A DNA stretch of 64,000 bases from Octopus sinensis (Eukaryota). The notes under the pieces are model-generated. The model was not told the DNA's origin. It saw only the letters and a list, made by a program, of their open reading frames with translations, and did not search any database. Shown here piece after piece: positions 13,369-26,195 of this stretch. Both the position numbers and the translations under genes were made by a program. Position 1 is the stretch's first letter. The number at the start of each line of letters is the position of its first letter. The stretch lies in the NCBI RefSeq assembly GCF_006345805.1, contig NC_043004.1:103168001-103232000 (forward strand), in the 5' to 3' direction.

Positions 13369-13515
13369 ACCAGCCATGAGCAAACAGCGGCCCGTGGGAC
13401 TTTCTGAGAGGCATGCCTAACGAAAAATTACCTTGAATATTTTTTGTAGTGATGCGGCCCGCCTGATGATAAGCTATGTCTCATGCGGCCCTCTTCTCGA
13501 AAAATGTCTGCCCTA
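13369..13515. mobile_element. Diverged hAT-Charlie-type MITE
   Basis: CAGCCATGAGCAAACAGCGGCCC start with repeated GCGGCCC subterminal motifs. Confidence 0.45.
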
Positions 13516-13519
13516 AACA

Positions 13520-14990
13520 TTACACGCAAACAAACATACATCTCACCAGTCATCAGCAATAAATCTTTTACAGACATCAGTCTCTGCTCCGCACGCCCTA
13601 ACTACGAGAACCACATGACAAGCAATCACTCAACTTTCCCGGACCACCTACTACTTATCATTACAATGAACTCCATCAAGAAAGAGAATCGAGGTTATCA
13701 GAATCTAACAACTCCAGAATCACCAGCATAGACACAGCAAGATATATATGCAACAAAATAATTGTGGACGCATTCAGAAATTACATTCTATGAAGCAACA
13801 TAAAAACCTATAACCTCAATGACGCACCAGAAATAGGCAACCTCATGAAAATAAGAGACAGCATCAAACACTATTCACCGAAAACACACACACAGCAAAA
13901 ATAAATCTCAGCATCAAACAAGTAAAGAACAGAATAATATAAAATTAACCACGCGCAAAAAAAAATAAAAGAAAACTGGAAAACATTTGTATCCAATATA
14001 TGCAAAGTAGAGTAATTAGCATCACCCACGACAAACACAGCAGTCATACCACATCCTAAGTCACAGTAAGAAACTTCAAATAATATATCCACACTGCACC
14101 ATTAGGCAATTTCACTTATCAGGCATTTGACGAAAATCAACGACTAAGAATCAAAAAGAAACAGTTGTAGAGAACGAAACATACGCACGATTTTGAAGCC
14201 CTTCCGTCCATCAGGCGCTTAAAAGGCAATAGAGAAATTTAAAACCTCTAAAACCACAGGCCCAATAAAATCACTAACATAACACCTAAATCATACATGC
14301 TCTCAAGAAATCACTTCACCCAGCAATATTTACAACTACTAGTACCAACACTGTCGAAATTCCAAAATTTGGAAACGAGAGACAATTATAGCTATTTTAA
14401 AGTGTATCTAAAACTCAAGTAAATTATTATGCCAATCCCTTCTTATATTCATACTAGAAATTTCTAGACCGGCTAATCATTAACCCCATTTTTATTTCCG
14501 CTCAGATCCAGACCACTTCATTCTACCATAATACTTGACAACACTAACACAGAAAATATGCAAAAGCTTTAACAATGTTTCCACTCGTACCATTCTAATT
14601 AGCATCGATATTAGCAAAACTTTCGACTCTTTTCCTACTGTCCTTTTATAGCAAAATTATTCAGCTTCACCTCAAGAAAATCATCAAAAATGTTAGCTAC
14701 CAAACTTGCCAGGCTTGTGTCGTGAATAAGAACAACCCTTCCGGAAACTGCATTTTTCAAATAGTGTACTACACAGATCTGTCCTCTTACCCATTCTTAT
14801 TCAACGTATACTTACATAAACTTTTCACACCAACACAAGACATGCAGACAGCTTCCTGCGCAGATGACATCACACATTCTTCGACTATCCCCCTGGGGCT
14901 GTTGCACAGTTCCTTCAAACCTACATAAATCACTTAGAAACCTGCTCTACATCGATAGACACAAAGTAGCACTAATACTTCAGTTATTCG
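13520..14990 (+). mobile_element. Heavily degraded LINE reverse transcriptase region (I/Jockey-group-like)
   Basis: Fragments LTTLTQKICKSFN, TILISIDISKTFD and CADDIT (YADD box) at about 14480-14880, with many stops and frameshifts. Confidence 0.65.
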
Positions 14991-15020
14991 CTTCTTTCCA
15001 ACAACTTTAGAGGAAATACA

Positions 15021-15225
15021 AAGGCGGTGAGCTGGCAGAATTGTTACTGCGTTGGACAAAATGCTTCGCGGCATTTCTTCCGACTTTACGTTCTAAGTTC
15101 AAATGCCGCCAAAGTCGACTTTGCCTTTTTTCTTTCGGAGTCGATAAAGTAAGTACCAGTTGAGTAATAGAGTCGATGTAATTTCTATTGCTGGCCTTGT
15201 GCCAAAATTCGAAGCCAACATTAAA
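15021..15225 (+). mobile_element. SINE family C
   Basis: AGGCGGTGAGCTGGCAGAAT head and central domain. Confidence 0.8.
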
Positions 15226-15282
15226 GTAAATGCAACTAGTAACCACACTCAAAAGCATAAACACACAACACACACTTACGCA

Positions 15283-15322
<40 letters not shown>

Positions 15323-15844
15323 GCACACATACACACATACACACACTCAAACACATACACATTCACATACAAAGACAAAACTGCCAGGCATTACATACAG
15401 TACTTCCAGAACATTCATAGCGTGTCTATAAGACATAGTGAGAGAAGCAAATCGGTACACAAGCATATTGAATGTAATGGTCTTTGCCCAGAAGCAATAA
15501 CAATGGAATAACGTTGTTTTGTAGATAATATATTAGATCTATCATGGACTAACCATCACAAGGTCCAGTTATTGTTCAGCGTCGTAGTATGTGCGCCTGA
15601 ATGACCTGAGAGTTATGCCAGCGGACCACAACAATGTATCGGAGTAATTACATGAATTTCGGGCTGGATGTCTTCCGCTCAGAGTTCAAATCCCGACATG
15701 GCCTACTTCACTTGTAGACTTAAGCTGCCATCTGTATGACACCACCGCCTGACACCTCTATTCTCTTTAATCTAGAACACTCCATGGCAAGAATTCAAAC
15801 TGGGTCTCTGGCTTGGGGAGAACTCTCTCTCACACACACACACA

Positions 15845-15900
<56 letters not shown>

Positions 15901-15961
15901 GGCACTTTAACGGGTCATGGGCATTGCTTTCCTTTTTGATAAAAAGATTAAGGGAAAATCT

Positions 15962-16481
15962 TCAGTTGTGTGGTTAAGAAGTTCGTTCTCCAATCACGCA
16001 GTTTCTGGTTCAGTCCCATTGCGCAGCACTTGAGCAAGTGTTTTGTACTATCGCTTCGAGTCAATCCCAATGCCTTGTGAGTGAATTTGATAGACGGAGA
16101 CTTATAGAAGTCCGTCATACACACGCAGGCACACATACACATAAACACACTAGCCAATACACACATTTTTTTCTCTCCTCGTTTTTTCTGTGTCCCTTTC
16201 TGTAGAAGAGCGTAGGCTCGAAACGTAAAAGACTTTTTCTATTCCTGAGCGTTATACTAATACATCTGTTTGTTTTGTACACCACCTGTTTTTTTCGTAA
16301 ACTCTCCCTATATATATAATATATATATATACTCTCTTTTACTCTTTTACTTGTTTCAGTCATTTAATTGTGGCCATGCTGGAGCACCGCCTTTAGTCGA
16401 GCGAATCGACCCCCAGGACTTATTCTTTATAAGCCTAGTACTTATTCTATCGGTCTCTTTTGCCGAACCGCTAAGTTACGG

Positions 16482-16559
<78 letters not shown>

Positions 16560-16720
16560 ATATATATATATATATAATATATATATATACATATATATAT
16601 ATATATGAGTGTGTTCTTGTGCTTGTAACCCTCTATCGTTTGATAGTCGGTGTCAGTTTGTTTTCGTCACCATAACCTAGCGGTTCTAAAAAAAAACCCG
16701 GCATATTAAGTACAAGATGT
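15962..16720 (+). mobile_element. Old SINE A split by nested insertions (HHR element at about 16150-16310, inverted SINE A tail at 16331-16480)
   Basis: The 5' half at 15962-16140 and the 3' half at about 16610-16720 flank the inserts. Confidence 0.65.
16196..16231 (+). ncRNA. Minimal hammerhead-like motif with variant core
   Basis: CTTT-CTGTAGA-A-GAGC(GTAG)GCTC-GAAAC-GTA-AAAG. A second copy is at 23724-23759. Confidence 0.55.
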
Positions 16721-16910
16721 ATGATAGTACATAGAATACTGATATTTAAAATGTAATCTTTGCCTTGAGGAAATGCATTACACAATTATTTCTAAATTTG
16801 TATTATTGAATTGTAATTTTACATTTCAATGATCTCACAAATATAGGACATTTAAATATTTCAATACTGAATAACCCATTAATTATAATCGCTTTTTACA
16901 TATTCTAATA

Positions 16911-17165
16911 TACTCTTTACTCTTTTATTTGTTTCAGTCATTTGACTGCGGCCATGCTGGAGCACCGCCTTTAGTCGAGCAAATTGACCCCAGGATTTGT
17001 AAGCCTAGTATTTATTCTATCGTTCTATTTTGCCGAACCGCTAAGTGACGGGGACGTAAACACACCAGCATCGGTTGTCAAGCGATGATGGGGGGACTAA
17101 CACAGACACACAAACATACACACACACACACACACACACAAATACACACACTCACACACACTCCT

Positions 17166-17230
<65 letters not shown>

Positions 17231-17670
17231 GAGGCGCAATGACCCAGTGGTTAGGGCAGCGGACTCGCGGTTGTAGGATCGCGGTTTCGATTCCCAGACC
17301 GGGCGTTGTGAGTGTTTATTGAGCGAAAACACCTAAAGCTCTACGCGGCTCCGGCAGGAGGTGGTGGCGATCCCTGCTGTACTCTTTCGACACAACTTTC
17401 TCTCACTCTTTCTTCTGTTGGCCTGCTCGCTTAGCCAGCGGGGTGGCGTCATTTGAAGGCTAAAACAATGCGAAACGCATTATGACCAGCGATGTGTAGC
17501 AGCATCTGATAGCCTGGTCGGACACGGTGATATATATATACGTTGGGCTTCTTTCAGTTTCCGTCTACCAAATCCACTCACAAGGCTTTGGTCGGTCCGA
17601 GGCTATCGTAGAAGACACTCGGAACCATGTGGCTGGTAAGCAAGTTACTTACCACACAGACACTCCTGCT
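16911..17670 (-). mobile_element. SINE family A carrying a SINE B insertion in its microsatellite
   Basis: The family A halves at 16911-17228 and 17531-17670 flank the SINE B. Confidence 0.85.
17229..17530 (+). mobile_element. SINE family B, tail type 2
   Basis: Same head as 10319 but an unrelated 3' half (GGCCTGCTCGCTTAGCCAGCGGGG...). Confidence 0.85.
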
Positions 17671-17972
17671 TAATTTTTGTAAAAAAAGATTTTTAGCATA
17701 GACAGATAACTAATTATCGTGACGTGAAATTTCTGTTTCTAATTGTAGGCTATTTTTATTTTTCCCTTATCTACTGACGTCATCAAAAATTAAATATAAA
17801 CTGGCTTTCCTTAGAATATATTGGATGGCCTAGTTGACTTTGTGTTAGCATATATTTTCGGACTGGTATTTCATATCTTCTGTTTCTAAATATGCTGGAA
17901 TAATAGAAAAGATCGCCGCTGATATCTGGTGTAATCACCAATTAAATATGTAATTTTCTCCATTCTTATTCT

Positions 17973-18005
<33 letters not shown>

Positions 18006-18410
18006 CTAGCAGTATCGCCCGGCGTTGCTCGGGTTTGTAAGTGTAATAACTATAAAGCATTTTTAGAGAGTTATAGCCAAAAAACAGCAAAAAATACATT
18101 AAAAATGGAAAAAAAATTATGGTAAATATTTTTTAAAATCGTTGACTCATCGTAGACATTTTCAGAGAGTTACTTCCCTTTATTTAAAAAATATGCTTTA
18201 AAATGGAAAAAAATTATGGTAAATTATTTTTAAAATCGTAGACTCATCGTAGATGCGATGCGCGCTAATACCCAGAAGGGCTCGATATGAATCACGACTA
18301 TAAGATACCCGGTTTTGGTTAAACTGCTGCACCGCAAAATGTGGGAGAAGTTAAGAATCTAATCGTAGGAGACAGACACTCACATAACTTCACTTTTAAT
18401 ATATATATAT
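18006..18410 (-). mobile_element. Non-autonomous Helitron, copy 3
   Basis: Same CTAG and hairpin end as copy 1. The other end merges into (AT)n. Confidence 0.8.
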
Positions 18411-18769
18411 ATAATATATTATTATATATATTATATATTATCTAATATAATAAATCTCTGAACGAGATATAAACAGTAACCGCTCGACAACGTAAGGGGT
18501 ATTAGCCATCTGAATGTGGCTAGCCACTGGGGGGGGGGAGGGTTACTGATGCTTTTAGCCCCAGGCGATCAACGTCACCAGAAGGACTTTAGACACTATC
18601 TCAGTGCCCTTGTGTGATTTGCAAAGGGAAGTCATCCTCCCTCGAAGACCTTCGTTCAGAGATTTATTATTGTTTTCAGACAGTTTTTCTACATCAGTGA
18701 CAGTGATTACTGTGAAAAATGTTATATATTATTTGCAAGGGGACTCCTTCATCGAAGACCGGTGCTTAC

Positions 18770-18814
18770 CATGCGTTGACGAGAGGCAATTACCTTGAAA
18801 CTATAGTCCGTATG
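18770..18814 (+). ncRNA. Type I hammerhead ribozyme (U3/G8 core variant)
   Basis: Stem I CATGCG/CGTATG, core TTGACGA, stem II GAGG(CAATTA)CCTT, GAAAC, palindromic stem III ACTATAGT, and GTC cleavage triplet at 18806-18808. Confidence 0.85.
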
Positions 18815-19119
18815 TAGTACTCGGGTCTTCGAGGGGGATGACCTCCCTTTGCAAATAACACAAGGGCACTGAGATAGTGTCTAAAGTCCTTCTGGTGACG
18901 TTGATCGCCTGGGGCTAAAAGCATCAGTAACACCCCACCCCCCAGTGGCTAGCCACATTCAGATGGCTAATACCCCTTACGTTGTCGAGCGGTTACTGTT
19001 TATATCTCGTTCAGATTATTATGTTTTCAGACAGTTTTTCTACATCAGTGACAGTGGTTACTGTGAAAAACGTTATATATTATTTGCAAGGGACTCCTTC
19101 ATCGAAGACCGGTGCTTAC

Positions 19120-19164
19120 CATGCGTTGACGAGAGGCAATTACCTTGAAACTATAGACCGTATG
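19120..19164 (+). ncRNA. Second hammerhead copy, cleavage triplet mutated GTC>GAC
   Basis: Identical to 18770-18814 except GAC at 19156-19158. Confidence 0.75.
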
Positions 19165-19330
19165 CAGTACTCCGGTCTTCGAGGGAGGATGACCTCCCTT
19201 TGCAAATAACACAAGGGCACTGAGATAGTGTCTAAAGTCCTTCTGGTGACGTTGATCGCCTGGGGATAAAAGCATCAGTAACACCCCCCCCCAGTGGCTA
19301 GCCACATTCAGATGGCTAATACCCCTTACG

Positions 19331-19383
<53 letters not shown>

Positions 19384-19618
19384 ACTGATTGATTGATTCT
19401 AGTTTCAGCTTATGAGCTGTGGCCATGCTGGGGCACCGCCATATATAATTATTACAAATTTGGATTTGGCCTGAAATAGGAGTTGCGGTTCTATTGGTAA
19501 AATCCTAAATTTGTAATAACATTATAAATGATACTGTTTACATTGCATTAGTAAAATGTAAAATAGTAAATGTGTCCTGCTAATCTGGAATACTTATTAT
19601 TTCCTAAGTTCTTTAAAT

Positions 19619-19652
<34 letters not shown>

Positions 19653-20436
19653 ATGTATGTATGTATGTATGTATATACGCATACACACAATATATATATA
19701 TATAGATGTAGATGCATACATACATGCACACATATATAAATATGTGAGCGTGTATATATATATACGTACTCACACAAAGTGCATATGAATATATAAGTAT
19801 ATTCATAAATATACAATTAAACGCGGTTTTCCTTCAACTTTAAAAACTGGTAACTTTTCATGCTTTGTTAAGATATTAGCAATTTCTTAGCGGTTCTTAA
19901 ACTAAGACTCGTATGAAAATTCTCATAATCTATGTGAATTCGGTTGCATTTTCTATCAGACTGCATCAGCTGTTTCTTTTCGGTGCCATGCTGGCAGATT
20001 AAACAAATTGTGCAGAGGATTCAAGAAAGTAGAAATTGCTTCATCACTTCAATGCTCTCACTGTGCTGTAGAGTTTTCATTCTACGCAAGTCGACATATG
20101 CTTTGAATACGTAAATATTCATTAGTGTAAGAAATGATGTTTAAATGTTCATGCTGCGTTTCATGTATTAATTACGCACACACACGTATACACCCGCACA
20201 TACACACACACACATCCACATTCACACTCTCTTGTTTGCTCACGCGCACACGAGCACACACACTCACCTATACATAAATACATAAATACATACATACATA
20301 CACACACACACACAAACATGGATTCAAAAATCGTGCGCATATGTGTGTATATATTTATATGTGTGTGTGTATGTATACACACATATATACACAAACTTAC
20401 ATACATGCGTACATACATACATACATACATAAATAC

Positions 20437-20467
<31 letters not shown>

Positions 20468-20757
20468 CATACACACATACATACACACATACATACATAC
20501 ATGCATACATACATACACACATATATACATACATACATACATACATACATACATACATACATGCATACATACATACATACACACATACATACACACACAC
20601 ACAAACACAGACAGACACACACACCACCCTAGTCATAGTGATAATTATGGTTTTCCTTTTGGGTAAACATTGCATACCGCTGTCTATATTAATTTTCCAT
20701 ATCTATCAATCTGTCTGTCTGCCTCTGTGTGTGTGTGTGTGTGTGGTGTGTGTGTGT

Positions 20758-20948
20758 AGGCGCAGGAGTGGCTGTGTGGTAAGTAGCTTGCTAACCAACC
20801 ACATGGTTCCGGGTTCAGTCCCACAGCGTGGCATCTTGGGCCAGTGTCTTGTTCTATAACCTCGGGCCGACCATAGTCTTGTGAGTGGATTTGGTAGACG
20901 GAAACTGAAAGAAGCTCGTCGTATATATGTATATATATATACATATAC

Positions 20949-20982
<34 letters not shown>

Positions 20983-21207
20983 CTGTGTGTGTGTGTGTGT
21001 GTGTGTATTTGTGTGTCTGTGTTTGTCCCCCCAACATTGCTTGACAACCGATGCTGGTGTGTTTATGTCCCCGTAACTTAGCGGTTCGGCAAAAGAAACC
21101 GATAGAATAACTACCAGGCTTACAAAGAATAAGTCCTTCGGTTGATTTGTTCAACTAAAGGCGGTGCTCCAGCATGGCTGCAGTCAAATGACTGAAAGTA
21201 ACAAAAG
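20758..21207 (+). mobile_element. SINE family A
   Basis: Full-length copy with head AGGCGCAGGAGTGGCTGTGTGGTAAG. Confidence 0.9.
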
Positions 21208-21335
21208 TGACTCAAGGCCCGACTCGCTCGGCTTTGAGTCATTTTTGCAGTATTCTGAAGATTAATAGATATATGGATGATGTATATACGTATAAATGCA
21301 TATATACTCATATATTGAGTACACACTGTCTGTCG

Positions 21336-21393
<58 letters not shown>

Positions 21394-22226
21394 GTCACAC
21401 ACACACACACGCCCAGAATCGACTCCAGTAATACACTGGTATTTATTTATTGTCTTTGTTCCTCATCTCTACACTGCTTACTCAAAAGACTTCTTTATAG
21501 ATTCTTTATAGACTTTAACCGGTCTGTCTGTTAATAAAGTCTAAAAGTCTGTATATTGTTGTTCTTCGATTAGTTTTATACCCAATAACCCTTACAAACT
21601 AACAATAGTCTAACAATTCCGATAGCTATCCTTATTCTCTGTAACTGTTACATCGTCCCAGTTCTTATTCATTAAACCTCAAATGAGAACCAGGGCAAAT
21701 TATCCAAACTATTTTTACAGATTAGGAGGGTCAAAAAGAAAAAAAAAAACAGAAAAGAAAAAAGAAGTTACTAATTCAGACATCATGTTGCCAGACATCG
21801 GACTTGTTGTTCTTTAGTCTCACGTGAACGCTAATTAAATAAACCATAATTAAAAGCCTTCTCCCGTAGTGTCCATCCTACATTTTTAACGAGATTCTAG
21901 GATTACGTAAACTAGTATGCCCTTCCTTGTTATGACTGTGGCCTTTGATTTGAGGGATATATAGCTACCATTTCTTCAAAGCTGAACGGCCACGAAGAAG
22001 CCTGCCTTATTGGTAAGAAGAGGTTCTCTTATTGATTAGCAGTAGGCTCTACTCTGATTAGCAGAGGCTCTGAAGAAGTGTTTCTCGACATTTTACCCTT
22101 GCGTGATCCTTAGAATAAATTACATTTCTCAAATAACCCCTGCACAAAAGAATTATATACTATATCTTTCTCATATCTTTTCATCGTAGTTCACGTGGTA
22201 AATATCATATATATATATATATATAT

Positions 22227-22443
22227 TACTCTTTTACTTGTTTCAGTCATTTGACTGCGGCCATGCTGGAGCACCGCCTTTAATCGAGCAACTCGACCCC
22301 GGGACTTATTCTTTTTTAAGCCCAGTACTTATTCAATCGGTCTCTTTTGCCGAACCGCTAGGTAACGGGGACATAAACACACCAGCATCGGTTGTCAAGC
22401 AATGCTAGGGGGACAAACACAGACACACAAACACACACACACA

Positions 22444-22501
<58 letters not shown>

Positions 22502-22660
22502 TACGACGGGCTTCTTTCAGTTTCTGTGTACCAAATCCACTCACAAGGCTTTGGTCGGCCCAAGGCTATAGTAGAAGACACCTGCCCAAGGTGCCACGCA
22601 GTGGGACTGAACCCGGAACCATGTGGTTGGTAAACAAGCTACTTACCACACAGCCACTCA
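22227..22660 (-). mobile_element. SINE family A
   Basis: Full-length copy. Confidence 0.9.
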
Positions 22661-22804
22661 TATATATATATGGTTATAATTTTTCGATAGCATAATAGAT
22701 TAGATAGGATGATGTCTATATTACAATATTACAATAACCAATGATATGTTGTGCATATATCGTAATGTTACGATCATGAAGATGGCATTAGCTTATCTCA
22801 CTAT

Positions 22805-22878
22805 TTCTCGCGGAACCCCTAGAAACCTTTTGCGGAACCCTAGGGATCCATAGAACTCCGGCTGAGAAACGCAGCTCT
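22805..22878. mobile_element. hAT-Charlie-like MITE end fragment
   Basis: Repeated GCGGAACCC motifs followed by GGCTGAGAAACGCAG. Confidence 0.4.
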
Positions 22879-23189
22879 GTAGTACAACTGGTAAGTTGGT
22901 TACATAAAAACCACCAAGCCGTCACGGTTGATGTGCGCTCTCGTTTTCATTTTGTATTTTTAGTTTTTGCTATGCAGCAACCTAATTTCCGATGCGGTCG
23001 TTACCATGAAGAGGATGACGCCTGCTGAAATAAATTCACGCAGTATGAGTTAGTTGTGACTTTTGAAATAATGATTTATTATCAAAAGGTTTTGCTTCTA
23101 AAATAATGCTATTTCACATTTGTACAATGTCATGAATTCATATAAAAGACTGAATCGATTGCTAGCTTATGAATGAATATCTTTTTTCT

Positions 23190-23566
23190 TCTATTCTTTT
23201 ATTTGATTCAGTTATTAGACTGTGGCCTGTTGGAGCACCGCCTTAAAGAAATTTTAGTCGAATGAATTGCATCCAGTACCTTTTTTCTTTTAGCTTTGTA
23301 TTTATTCTATACGCCTATTTTGCCGAACAGCTAAGTTACGGAGGCATAAATACACCAACACGGGTTGTTAAACGGCGTTGGGGGACAAACACAGACAGAT
23401 ATATACGACTGGCTTCTTTCAGTTTCCGTCAACCAAATCCACTCACAAAGCTTTGGTCGGCCCGAGGCTATTGTAGAGGTCACTAGTCCAAGGTGCCATG
23501 CAGGGGGACTGAACCCCGAACCATGTGGTTGGGAAACAAACTTCTTACACACTGCCACGCCTGGGC

Positions 23567-23568
<2 letters not shown>
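23190..23568 (-). mobile_element. Diverged SINE family A
   Basis: Homologous to the family A consensus. Confidence 0.8.
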
Positions 23569-23628
<60 letters not shown>

Positions 23629-23659
23629 ACGCACACACATATACCTCTGTCCGGCCATC

Positions 23660-24059
23660 ACCATGATTGACCGCTAGCCACTAAAGGATTTTTTTAATTC
23701 TCTCTGTTTATTTTCTCGTGTTCTTTTCTGTTGAAGAGCGTAGGCTCGAAACGTAAAAGGCTTTCTTACCTTCCCGAGTGTTAAACTAATACACCTGTTT
23801 GTTGTTTACACCTGTCTTCGTTTTTTTTTTGTAAATTCAAACTATGTGTGTGTGTAGTGAATCTAAACAAAGAAGAACAAACAACAAAAAGCAATAACGC
23901 AGGGACGCGGTACAAGTACTGTATCATCAGACGCGCAGGAAAGGAAGGAAAGAGGATTTAACGTTTCGAGCCTTGCTCTTCTTCATAAATAGAGGAAAGT
24001 CCAAAGGAAGGGAAGACGGAGGAAGAAAATCACTAACAATACACACGCAGTTACATTTT

Positions 24060-24138
<79 letters not shown>

Positions 24139-24330
24139 TAATCCAAACAAGAAAACAAAAAGACAACAACGCGAGGATGTCGAACAAATAAAGTATTATT
24201 GGACACTCAGGAAAGAAGGGAAGAAGGAGGGTTTAACGTTTCGTCGGAAACATAGGAGAAGGAAAGATCCCGAGACGGGAGGACAGAGGAAAAAAAATTG
24301 CAGGTAGTCTTCACGAGGTCACATACTAAA
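23660..24330. mobile_element. Cluster of three short pLTR-like elements with minimal HHR motifs, separated by microsatellites
   Basis: Plus-strand motif at 23724-23759 (core CTGTTGA). Minus-strand motif at 23956-23990 (core ATGAAGA). A third minus-strand copy near 24230-24250 has stem II deleted. Confidence 0.6.
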
Positions 24331-24639
24331 AAGACGGAAGTGGTAAAAAAGGAGGAAAAATGTTTTTTAAAAACAGGAGAGCTGAATCAAAGAAGGAATG
24401 GTAAAAAAAGGTGTGCGAGATGACAAGGGTGTGTGTGTGAGTTTGTGCGTGTGTGTGTATGTATGTGTATGGTGGAGAATAATATATATATATAATATGA
24501 CTTCAGAAAGCTAATATACTTTAAACGGGCAGGACTTGAACTCGGTTAGCCGATGAAACTACCTACAATAACACATTGAACCTGACATTTCATCGTTTTT
24601 GTTTTATTTTGTTTTGTTTTATCCATTCTTCTAGCTTCT

Positions 24640-24860
24640 GAAATATTGGTTTCAAATTTTGTCACAAGGCAAGTAAGTTTGATGGGGGGTGGGCGTAAGT
24701 CGATTACGTCGACCCCCTTTGTTCTACTGGCAATTAATCTCGAAAGTATGAAAAGCATAGTCGACCTCGGCAGCTTTTGAACTCAGAACCTTTAGACGGA
24801 CGAAATGCCGCTAAGCATTTTGCCTGGCATGCTAACGATTCTGCCACCTCGCCGCCCTTA
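24640..24860 (-). mobile_element. SINE family C
   Basis: Reverse complement of the family C head and body. Confidence 0.8.
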
Positions 24861-25805
24861 TCTTCTGGGATATTGATTTCTAACATGGGTACAACGTCAC
24901 AAGATTTTAAGGAAAGGGTATAATCAATGAAATTAACTCTCCTCTTCGATCTTGGCTGAATGAAAGAAATAAACTGACTTTAATATAATATGAAATCTGA
25001 ATACCAATCGTGACAAGATAACGAAAGGTATTTTATGTTCGATTGTCCAGCAATTCTGCCAAGATACTGTCACTAGAAATTTCTAAAAATATTGGTTAGA
25101 AAATTAAATGGTTGCAGTCCATCCTCATCTGATGCGAAGAGATAATAAAAGATGTTACCATATGTATTGTGATAGAAAGTGGGGAAACGTTAATGAAGTT
25201 GGTTTGACGACAAGTCACCGGATAATGGCTACATGTGATATCAAATACCTTCCATTGACCTAAATCTCCTGTTCTTGTTGTTGTAGCTTAACCCCCGGGT
25301 CAGCCCTGACCGAGCAGAACTATAACCAAAAGACCTCGCAGTTATGACGCTACTATCATCTCAAGCATTATGCATCTAAAGCTGTTAATTCATTTCCGAA
25401 AAAGTAGGGTGTAATTTGACGAAAATTGTTTGTTCTTCCTAACATATCGAAAGTCCATGTAAAAGCTCTCTCATTGAAATTAGGGGACAGCTTTCACTGG
25501 AAAATGGGTTCTTCATATTCTAAAAGAGTCGAAAATCTTTCTTTGTACCTGGTTGTAATTAAAGTAATCCTGGAAAGATTTAACAAAATCTATTTGTTCG
25601 GATGCATCCCAAGTGAGTCTAAAAGCTTCAGCCACGTGCCAGTGTTAATTAAAGAAGTTATCTAAAAGAATCGGAGCCTTATCAAAAGCTAGTATTTACC
25701 AAACCATTCTAGAATGAATTTATACTGTTTAAGACTATTTCGGAACATGTCTAATAATGCTTCCTACCAGAAACATTGACTGAGTTACTGATTCTTTTGT
25801 TCCAT

Positions 25806-26195
25806 TCATCTTCTCCGCCTACTATTCGTGGGAGGGTCGAGGTGGAGAGGTAGAGTTCTCAGGTACCTTCTCCATAGAGTCGTATCAAAAGTAACTTCCG
25901 GTTGGATTCCCAAGCATAACCAACTGTGACTATGGATATTATTCAAACATCTCGTTCTTGATCTGCCACTAGGTCCCCTGCTGATTGGCTCGACTTGAAG
26001 AAAGCCTCTTGCGATTCTTTCTAACGACATTCTAATCGCATATCTATAGCTCCAGAGTTGTGACTCTCAATGCGAAGAATTAACGGCTCGACCGTAAGAG
26101 ACGCCCTGATCTCAGAGCTACGCACCCTGTCGAATAGCGTTACTCCACAAATCCTTCGGAGGATTTCTGGAGTTTTCGGCCGCTTGTATTCGTGA
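25806..26195 (-). mobile_element. RTE-clade LINE 3' remnant
   Basis: IQAAE..LRRICGVTLFDRVRSSEIRASLTVEPLILRIE and RMSLERIARGFL...GPSGRSRTRC..HSWLCLGI (compare RPRGRPRTRW). Confidence 0.75.

Larger units (their letters stand above)
18447..19332 (+). mobile_element. Retrozyme-like element: inverted partial unit plus about two tandem ~350-nt units, each with a hammerhead
   Basis: 18447-18650 is the reverse complement of part of the unit. 18652-19332 is a direct tandem with the two HHRs 350 nt apart. No coding capacity. Confidence 0.85.

Noticed and set aside
18447-19332. CRISPR-like or TIR-MITE interpretation of the repeat array
   Set aside because: There is no repeat-spacer pattern. The whole unit is repeated and permuted and contains an HHR, which does not fit a TIR MITE.
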